From: a virus
Taxonomy: Duplodnaviria > Caudoviricetes
DNA length: 64,000 bases
Virus record (IMG/VR): IMGVR_UViG_3300042396_000691
Coordinates: 32,001 to 96,000 of that record
Reading direction: 5' to 3' (one strand)
Positions within the stretch are counted from its first letter, which is position 1. Every line of letters starts with the position of its first letter. This document shows positions 9,339 through 16,560 of the stretch, piece after piece. The translations under genes and the position numbers were made by a program. The notes under the pieces are model-generated. The model did no database searches, was not told the DNA's origin, and saw only the letters and a list, made by a program, of their open reading frames with translations.

Positions 9339-9686
9339 ATGCGGTCGCATAAAAAAATACAAGAAATATTAGAAAAATCAGAAGTTATTAAAAAGTATGA
9401 TGCTGTTGGTGTTATAACAATAATAATGATTGTTAGTCTTATATTTGAAGGCATAAAACTAATACAGTATTGCAAGTCTTCTAAAATAACAGCATCAATA
9501 ATTAAAAGAGGTGGACCTTTAGTTAGAATGTTTATTAGAAACAACCTTTATAAAAATATTATTAAAGCAAATGTTCCAGCAGAACACGCCAAGATCATAT
9601 CTGATACAATAGTCGAGTTGATGCAATCTTTGTCTGTTGATGAAATAGTTTCGCTTTTAAATATGGTTTACAATGAAAATAGTTAA
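9339..9686 (+). CDS. hypothetical membrane protein
   Basis: GGAG RBS before ATG 9339; TM segment AVGVITIIMIVSLIFEGI. Confidence 0.65.
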   Translation: MRSHKKIQEILEKSEVIKKYDAVGVITIIMIVSLIFEGIKLIQYCKSSKITASIIKRGGPLVRMFIRNNLYKNIIKANVPAEHAKIISDTIVELMQSLSVDEIVSLLNMVYNENS

Positions 9687-10563
9687 GGCTACATATGGTC
9701 CAAAAGATGTAACGGAATATGTTGCAAGTATTTTCAAAGACGAAAGTTTAAACATTTATGTTTCCAACGCTATTTTTGGCGACACAAATCATGGCGTATT
9801 AAAAAAATTGATTGTTGAATTTGATGATGGTTCTAAATTAGAAACAAATGAAAATGAATTTTTAATTTACCCAAAAATTTTTGATGAAAGAATTGGTGTT
9901 TTTTATACAAACAACAATGACACAAGAAAAGAAAAAGCTTTATATGCTAGTTTAAAAAGTTTAGCTATTTCATCAGAAAAAAAAGCTAGAATAATTACAT
10001 CTGTATGGAATAAAATACCAGAAAATCCATTTTGTGAAATAGTTTCTCAAACCAAGAATAGTAGCCATTTAAATCAAGTTTTACAAATATTGCATTTGCT
10101 TTATTTTGTAAGAAAAAATTCAACAAATGTCAAATATGTTAGTTTTTTAGAACATGATTGCCTTTATCCAGAAGGGTATTTTGAATATGATGATTTTGAA
10201 TGCGATTCTATATCAAATACTAATTATATAGGATTGTGTTCTTTTGGTTGGCAACCTAAAAATGGTGCAGCAAAAGCAACATCTCAAGTGACTATGAAGT
10301 TTACCAGTGCCATTAAACATTTTGAAAACATATTTCCAAATGCGTTATTGAAAAACTCTGGAAGTTTAGAACCTTGGTATTCAAAAGAAGCTTCTTTTAC
10401 ACCATTAAGCTGGAAAAACAAAGATTGGTTTTGTAAAAATCCATCGGTTCACATAAATCACGGCTATGCATTCACATCGCATTTTGAAACTTTTCAAAAG
10501 GTTTTTTCTGAATCAAATGAATACTGGGGTGATTATTCAGAATATGCTTATCTTTTTTCTTAA
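9673..10563 (+). CDS. lectin-like N-domain fused to GT-A-like glycosyltransferase domain
   Basis: KATYG..DVT...VSNAIFGD..HGVLKKL (SUEL/DUF3395-like) plus VSFLEHDCLYP (DxD-equivalent). Confidence 0.55.
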   Translation: MKIVKATYGPKDVTEYVASIFKDESLNIYVSNAIFGDTNHGVLKKLIVEFDDGSKLETNENEFLIYPKIFDERIGVFYTNNNDTRKEKALYASLKSLAISSEKKARIITSVWNKIPENPFCEIVSQTKNSSHLNQVLQILHLLYFVRKNSTNVKYVSFLEHDCLYPEGYFEYDDFECDSISNTNYIGLCSFGWQPKNGAAKATSQVTMKFTSAIKHFENIFPNALLKNSGSLEPWYSKEASFTPLSWKNKDWFCKNPSVHINHGYAFTSHFETFQKVFSESNEYWGDYSEYAYLFS

Positions 10564-10625
10564 TTTTTCTACAAAAAACATTTGATTAAAAGTCATAAAA
10601 TAGTCTTGCCACAATAAAAAAAATA

Positions 10626-10750
10626 AGTAAGATTTTGATCTGTCTTACCTACAATCATGGGTGTATTTATTTCCGCTGGTAATCGCCAGCATTACATTCC
10701 TTTAGAGTTCCGCTTATCCTTGCGATAGCAGGGCAGATGGAGTTTTTTTC
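10626..10750 (+). promoter_or_regulatory. structured 5' leader of nrdJ with SD-sequestering stem
   Basis: Hairpins GTAAGAT/GTCTTAC, GCTGGT-AATC-GCCAGC (10675-10690) and CCTTGC-GATA-GCAGGG (10718-10733), the last enclosed by TTCC pairing with the GGAG RBS, then T7 before the ATG. Confidence 0.45.
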
Positions 10751-13042
10751 ATGTCTATTAAAGAATTGCAAAAATATACGGCTGTTTCCAAATATGCTAG
10801 ATGGATTGAATCTGAAAAAAGAAGGGAAACTTGGGATGAAAGCGTACAAAGAATAAAGGATATGATGATAGAAGTTCATCCATCCTTGCGTAAAGATATT
10901 GAAGAACATTACGAAATGATCAGAGATCAAAAAATATTAGGTTCACAAAGAGCACTGCAATTTGGTGGTAAGCCAATCATTAAACATAATGCAAGAATAT
11001 TTAATTGCTCTGCTAGTTATTGCGATAGATTGCGATTTTTCCAAGAATGTTTTTACTTATTGCTTTGTGGATCTGGAACTGGGTTTAGTGTGCAAAAACA
11101 TCATGTTGAGTTGTTGCCAAAGTTTTCATCTACTAGATTAAATCCAGAAACATGTTGTTATGAACATCATATTTATAGGGTTGAAGATTCAATTGAGGGT
11201 TGGGCAAATGCTCTTGGAGTTCTTCTTTCTTCATATTTTGAAACTCCGATAAAAGAGTTTGAAAGATACAAAGATATTGCAGTTGGATTTAGTTATGAAG
11301 ACATAAGGGAAAAGGGTGCTCCTTTAAGTTGTGGTATAGGTAATGCTCCTGGTTATGAACCACTAGAAAAAGCTTTAGAAAACACTAGGCGTTTACTTGA
11401 TAAATGTATTGCAAATGGGCAGACAGAATTAAGAACAATAGATGCATTTGATATAGTTATGTTTGCTGCTGATGCCGTTATTTCTGGAGGTGTTCGTAGA
11501 TCTGCAACCATAGCTTTGTTTTCTGCTGATGATGAATTAATGATCAACGCAAAAACTGGCGATTGGTATTTTACTAATCCTCAAAGGGCTAGGGCAAATA
11601 TATCTGCGTTACTTCACAGGAAAGATACTTCTAAAGAAATTTTTGAAAATCTTTTTAAAGCTACTAAAGAGTTTGGTGAACCTGGATTTTTCTTTGCTGA
11701 TTATTATGACACGCTATGTAATCCATGTTGTGAGATTTCATGGATAACAAAACACTTTTACAAGAAAAATGATCCAGAATTAGCCAAAGCTTTGTCATTA
11801 TATGAAGGACCAATAACAACAAAAGAGTCATGCAAAGACGATATGCCAGCAGACGAAGTTGGTCTTTCTGGTTGGGGATTTTGCAATTTATCAACAATCA
11901 ATGGAAAAACCGTTACATCGGAACAAGACTTCTATGAAAGATGTGCTGCTGCTGCCTTTATTGGTACATTACAAGCATCTTTTACCAATTTCCCATACTT
12001 GGGTCATGTGACAGAACTTATTGCTCGTAAAGAGGCATTATTGGGCGTTTCAATTAATGGTATGCAACATCACCCTAAAATACTATTAAACTCAACAATT
12101 CAGCAAAATGGGGCAAAAATAGTTAAAGACACAAACAAAAAGTACGCAGAAATATTGAACATAAGTCCTGCTGCAAGAACAACTTGTATAAAACCAGAAG
12201 GTAATTCTGCTGCTTTGTTAGGGTCTGCTTCTGGTATTCATCCAGATCATTCTAAAAGATATTTTAGAATTGTTCAAGCTAATCAGATGGAATCTCCTTA
12301 TCAGCACTTTAAAAGCATTAACCCTCAAGCATGTGAAGAATCGGTATGGTCATCAAATAAAACAGATGATTGCATAAGATTTTGTGTACAAAGCCAAGAT
12401 GGAACAGTACTTAAGGAAGACATAGATGCTATATCTATGCTTGATGATGTTTTATCAACCTATAAAAATTGGGTTGTTGCTGGAAAAAACGAACATCTTT
12501 GTGTTAGAAAAGAACTAAACCACAATGTATCTAATACAATACATGTAAAAGATAATGAGTGGGATAAGGTAAAAGAATACATTTATAATCATCGTGTAGA
12601 ACTTGCTGGAATATCTCTTATAGCTGCTACTGGCGACAAGGATTACAATCAAGCTCCATTTACAGCAGTTTATTCAATTGAAGAGCAAATAACCAATTGG
12701 GGTTTTGAAGCTACGGCTAAGGCTTATGAAACTTACCCAAAATTTTCTGAATATAATTTTAATTCTTTATGGGATGCATGTTCATGTGTTCTTGGCTATT
12801 TTGAACCAAAAGACGATAAGCAAAAATCTTGGAAAACTATGGTGCAAAAATATGCAGATGAGCATTTTTCTTCTGATGTTAAATACGCTACTTATGCACT
12901 TAAAGATGCTTATAATTTAGATTTGTGGAACAAATTAATAAACAATTATTCTGATGTTAATTATTTAAATGCTTTTGAAAATAGTGCTACAATAAACATT
13001 CAAGGAGAACTTGCTTGTGCTGGTGGAGCCTGTTTAATATAA
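10751..13042 (+). CDS. nrdJ: class II (adenosylcobalamin-dependent) ribonucleotide reductase, monomeric RTPR-type
   Basis: KYARW..RRETW, IFNCS, GSGTGFSV, GVRRSA, GEPG, NPCCEI active site, FCNLS, TTCIKPEG, C-terminal ACAGGAC; no ATP cone and no small subunit gene nearby. Confidence 0.9.
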   Translation: MSIKELQKYTAVSKYARWIESEKRRETWDESVQRIKDMMIEVHPSLRKDIEEHYEMIRDQKILGSQRALQFGGKPIIKHNARIFNCSASYCDRLRFFQECFYLLLCGSGTGFSVQKHHVELLPKFSSTRLNPETCCYEHHIYRVEDSIEGWANALGVLLSSYFETPIKEFERYKDIAVGFSYEDIREKGAPLSCGIGNAPGYEPLEKALENTRRLLDKCIANGQTELRTIDAFDIVMFAADAVISGGVRRSATIALFSADDELMINAKTGDWYFTNPQRARANISALLHRKDTSKEIFENLFKATKEFGEPGFFFADYYDTLCNPCCEISWITKHFYKKNDPELAKALSLYEGPITTKESCKDDMPADEVGLSGWGFCNLSTINGKTVTSEQDFYERCAAAAFIGTLQASFTNFPYLGHVTELIARKEALLGVSINGMQHHPKILLNSTIQQNGAKIVKDTNKKYAEILNISPAARTTCIKPEGNSAALLGSASGIHPDHSKRYFRIVQANQMESPYQHFKSINPQACEESVWSSNKTDDCIRFCVQSQDGTVLKEDIDAISMLDDVLSTYKNWVVAGKNEHLCVRKELNHNVSNTIHVKDNEWDKVKEYIYNHRVELAGISLIAATGDKDYNQAPFTAVYSIEEQITNWGFEATAKAYETYPKFSEYNFNSLWDACSCVLGYFEPKDDKQKSWKTMVQKYADEHFSSDVKYATYALKDAYNLDLWNKLINNYSDVNYLNAFENSATINIQGELACAGGACLI

Positions 13043-13099
13043 TGTCAAAAAGAATTGCAAAGATTTCAAAAACTAAAAAAGCAAAATTGGTGAAAAAAA

Positions 13100-13963
13100 A
13101 TGCCGAAAAAAGGAAAAGTAAAAGGCATAGGTTCCCCTTTTAATCTTAGTTTTTCAAGTTGTTCAAACAACAGCCCAAAGCTTTTTGATTGGTCTAATGA
13201 AGATTCAGATTTTTCTGTTTTCATGGATTATTCAATTCTTGATTGTTACAAATACCCAAAAGTTAAAAATGTTCCTAGATTTGGATGGTTGTGTGAATCT
13301 ATAACAATATTTCAAAACTTGTATGATAAAATAAAATATGATTACAAAAAAATATTCAACGATATAGATTACATATTTACTTCTGACGAATATTTGCTTT
13401 CTTTAGATTCAAGATTTAAATTTTGTTATTCGTGCAGCAATATTCCTTGGTCAAAAAAAGAAAGTTGGAACATTTATAAAAAAACAAAAATGTGTTCAAT
13501 GATATGTTCAAATAAGTTAAGTTGTAATTTTCATGCTATTAGACAAAGTATAGCAAAAAACAATGTTAAAAAATTTGATTTGTTTGGCGGTTTTTTAAAT
13601 TCGCCTTATACTGGTGAAAAATATGATGGTTTCTATAAAAAAGATAATGCACTAAAAGACTATATGTTTACTGTTGTTATTCAGAATAATAATCAACCAT
13701 ATTTTTTTGCTGAAATGTTAACAGATTGTTTTTCATTTGGAACAATACCTATTTATTTAGGTAATCCTAAAATAGACTTGTTTTTTGATTCAAATGGAAT
13801 AATATCTATAGGTTCAGAGGAAGATCTTGATAAGATTGTTCTTAATGAAGAATTATATTGGTCTAGGTTTGATGGTGTAAAAAACAATTTTCAAAAATTG
13901 CAGACAATGGAAATGAGCGATGATTATCTTTATCAGCAATGTTTAAAGCTTATGGAGGTTTAA
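13100..13963 (+). CDS. glycosyltransferase family 10 (alpha-1,3-fucosyltransferase-like)
   Basis: KMCSMICSNK and DYMFTVVIQN...YFFAEMLTDCF..GTIPIYLG match the GT10 donor-binding motif. Confidence 0.75.
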   Translation: MPKKGKVKGIGSPFNLSFSSCSNNSPKLFDWSNEDSDFSVFMDYSILDCYKYPKVKNVPRFGWLCESITIFQNLYDKIKYDYKKIFNDIDYIFTSDEYLLSLDSRFKFCYSCSNIPWSKKESWNIYKKTKMCSMICSNKLSCNFHAIRQSIAKNNVKKFDLFGGFLNSPYTGEKYDGFYKKDNALKDYMFTVVIQNNNQPYFFAEMLTDCFSFGTIPIYLGNPKIDLFFDSNGIISIGSEEDLDKIVLNEELYWSRFDGVKNNFQKLQTMEMSDDYLYQQCLKLMEV

Positions 13964-13964
13964 T

Positions 13965-14201
13965 ATGTCTTTATTTAATATTGGTGATATAGTTGCTTTA
14001 AAATCTGGTGGAATGCCAATGACGGTTGTTGCTTTTGGAGAAGAAACAAAAGAGGTTTTAGTTGTTTATTTTGATTTGGATGCTAATGTTATGCGAGATG
14101 GTTTTCCAGCAGAATCATTAGAGTTTACAGAAAATAGATGGAAGATGAAATATTGTGTTGATATAAACGAAGAAGATTATACAGATGATGAGGAATTTTA
14201 A
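13965..14201 (+). CDS. YodC/DUF2158-family small protein
   Basis: FNIGDIVALKSGGMPMTV...FPAESL. Confidence 0.8.
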   Translation: MSLFNIGDIVALKSGGMPMTVVAFGEETKEVLVVYFDLDANVMRDGFPAESLEFTENRWKMKYCVDINEEDYTDDEEF

Positions 14202-14563
14202 TGCCATACTATGAATTTTCTTGTGGGTCATGCGAATACAGTTTTGAGATTAAGCTTTCTTTTTCTGAAAGTCATCCTAAAGATTGTCCAAAGTGCAAAA
14301 AAGGAAAAGTAAATCAGGTTTATGATGGAAACACCATTGTCTGTATCAAAGGTGGAGATACAATAGGTCAAGTAGGTGAAGCTAATTATAAGAAAGCTGG
14401 TGGAAAAATTAAAGAACACATGGCTAAAAAACAAGAATTGAAAGATTCAAAGTTGCCTTGGTGGAGATCAGGAAAGGTTACTGGATTAAGCAAAAAGGAT
14501 AAACCTTTAAACTTATCTAAAATTAAAGATGTTAAAAATTACATAGAAACAGGAGAAGAATAA
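14201..14563 (+). CDS. FmdB-family zinc-ribbon protein
   Basis: MPYYEFSCGSCEYSFE...CPKC. Confidence 0.85.
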   Translation: MPYYEFSCGSCEYSFEIKLSFSESHPKDCPKCKKGKVNQVYDGNTIVCIKGGDTIGQVGEANYKKAGGKIKEHMAKKQELKDSKLPWWRSGKVTGLSKKDKPLNLSKIKDVKNYIETGEE

Positions 14564-14811
14564 TGGCTTTAATTCCTAAAGCTGGAGAAGAATCACCTCA
14601 TACAGCTATAGTTAGAATACATTGGGAGGTTCTTCCAATCAGTTCTGATGGTTCATACGGATCAAATCAACCAGTTGATATTGGTTTAATATTGCTGAGA
14701 GCAGATGGAACTTCTTTTCAAGAAGCTAAAGTTAAACTTGAATCTTTTTTGAATAATTCTATTGATGACAAAAATTTTGCACATATTTGGAAAAGAGGGC
14801 AGTCATCATGA
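14563..14811 (+). CDS. hypothetical protein
   Basis: Translationally coupled ORF. Confidence 0.6.
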   Translation: MALIPKAGEESPHTAIVRIHWEVLPISSDGSYGSNQPVDIGLILLRADGTSFQEAKVKLESFLNNSIDDKNFAHIWKRGQSS

Positions 14812-15101
14812 AAATTGAAGATCATGGAAATCTTATTATAAGCTGTAGTAATTGTAATAAACCACTTGTTGATTTATTTATAACTAATACAGACGCAGAT
14901 ATTTATTGGAAATGCGTTGCAGAATGCTGTTATTGTGGCGATAAAAGCTTTGTAAAAGATGTTAAAGGTATTTTTAGACCAGGTGGATGCGTTACTGTAG
15001 ACAGAGAAAATCCAGATTTTTTTACACAAGACACTCTTTTAACAGATATTGTTACTGAAGAAAATAAAATAATATTCAAAACACAGAAAGGAAAAAAATA
15101 A
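14808..15101 (+). CDS. zinc-finger hypothetical protein
   Basis: CSNC...CCYC; ATGA overlap. Confidence 0.6.
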   Translation: MKIEDHGNLIISCSNCNKPLVDLFITNTDADIYWKCVAECCYCGDKSFVKDVKGIFRPGGCVTVDRENPDFFTQDTLLTDIVTEENKIIFKTQKGKK

Positions 15102-15421
15102 TGTTTTCTGTAATTGGGTTTGATAAAAATGGTAAAGAATGCGATCATGAAAACTTCTTGTCTCTTGCTAAAAAAAGCACTGATACAGAGTTGAAGAGTG
15201 AAAAATTTTGGGTTAAAGTTTGCACCAATGGAATAGATTCTGGAAAACTTTTTGATCCATCTTCAAACTTGCTAGAAGACTTGAAGCGTTTTGATAACCA
15301 CACAGATAAACATAGATACTCATACAAAAGTGTAAATAGGGAATGTTTTAACTTTTACATTTCTTATTTATCAACCAACAACTCTTCTTTTTTAAAAAAT
15401 GCTGAAAGGAATATATCATGA
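15101..15421 (+). CDS. hypothetical protein
   Basis: Coupled ORF (TAATG). Confidence 0.6.
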   Translation: MFSVIGFDKNGKECDHENFLSLAKKSTDTELKSEKFWVKVCTNGIDSGKLFDPSSNLLEDLKRFDNHTDKHRYSYKSVNRECFNFYISYLSTNNSSFLKNAERNIS

Positions 15422-15708
15422 CCAAAAAATCTAAAAATGCTCCCTTGAATGAAATTGAAATATATTTTATTGAGGGCAATTGTTCATCTATGTCTTTGGG
15501 TGATATTGCAGAAAAGCTTAGTAGAGATGTTGAATTTATTAAAGATGTTTACGATAAAGCTAGAACAAAAAAGTCTTTAACATTTCAAACGAAGCTTGGA
15601 AGCGTAGCTATGACAGCAGCACAATCTAGCAAAGGCGATGATATTGTTAGATCAAGTGAGAATGCTGCTTATATGAAAAAATTTAAAGACAGTATTCATA
15701 AAATATGA
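15418..15708 (+). CDS. hypothetical protein, possible HTH
   Basis: MSLGDIAEKLSRDVEFIKD resembles a helix-turn-helix. Confidence 0.5.
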   Translation: MTKKSKNAPLNEIEIYFIEGNCSSMSLGDIAEKLSRDVEFIKDVYDKARTKKSLTFQTKLGSVAMTAAQSSKGDDIVRSSENAAYMKKFKDSIHKI

Positions 15709-16160
15709 TTTGCAAAACATACGACAAAGAATATTTTGAAGATAAGACTTGTTGGGCAGTAGAATTGTCCAATGGTGAAACCGTTTATCAAAACGATGGT
15801 TTTGATCAAGCTGTTGAGTTTTCTGCTTGGATTAGACTTAAAGAGTATTTGCACGAAAACAATTTGAAAATAGAAAAAATGTATGTGAGATTTAGATCGA
15901 ATATTTTTTATCCTTTAGAAGATTATTGTGAAGGATATTTTTTCTCTATGGGTATCATTGGTATGATGTCATCTGCTGAAAATATAAATTTTTATATATT
16001 GGGTTCTATCAAGAAAGATGTTGTTAGTTTAAAAAAGATAAAAGTTCCAGAACTAATAATTTTTGATGAAGAAGAAAGAAACATTTCTGATTGTACTGAG
16101 CAACAAGTAATTTTAAATACGAAAGAAAATTATGGCAAAGGAAAGATCTTCAAACAGTAG
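15705..16160 (+). CDS. hypothetical protein
   Basis: WAVELSNGETVYQ...SAWIRLKEY; ATGA overlap. Confidence 0.65.
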   Translation: MICKTYDKEYFEDKTCWAVELSNGETVYQNDGFDQAVEFSAWIRLKEYLHENNLKIEKMYVRFRSNIFYPLEDYCEGYFFSMGIIGMMSSAENINFYILGSIKKDVVSLKKIKVPELIIFDEEERNISDCTEQQVILNTKENYGKGKIFKQ

Positions 16161-16560
16161 ATATGAATCTAGGCATGGTGGTGGTTGGATAACTCCAGCA
16201 CAGTTTTTGGCTGAGTTAATGTGTGAGCGTTTTGCCAAACAAAATCGTCAAGACATACCTCCAAAATTTTGGGATAAACAACCTTGGAAAAAAGAGTTTT
16301 TCAAACAGCTTTCTTTGGCAAACAAACTTTTAGAAAAATATGATCCAGCATTAGTTTCTAAGGCGTTAAGATCACAAGAAGGCAAAAAAATATTTTCTTT
16401 AGGTGCTCCTTGGTTAATAAAACTTATAGAGTATGAAGAATATAAGTTTAAGGAAGCAGATGAGAAAAAGGTTGAGAAAGTAGAATTTTTGCCAATTAAA
16501 AAGTCTTTTGTTTCAAAGAAATCAACACTAAGTAAATTAAAGGATATTGAAAATGAGTGA
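16132..16560 (+). CDS. hypothetical protein
   Basis: ORF immediately upstream of and overlapping recA. Confidence 0.65.
   Translation: MAKERSSNSRYESRHGGGWITPAQFLAELMCERFAKQNRQDIPPKFWDKQPWKKEFFKQLSLANKLLEKYDPALVSKALRSQEGKKIFSLGAPWLIKLIEYEEYKFKEADEKKVEKVEFLPIKKSFVSKKSTLSKLKDIENE

Noticed and set aside
10626-10750. Canonical cobalamin riboswitch or tRNA upstream of nrdJ
   Set aside because: I could not identify a B12 box or a cloverleaf/T-loop, and the structured part is short; kept only as an unclassified leader.
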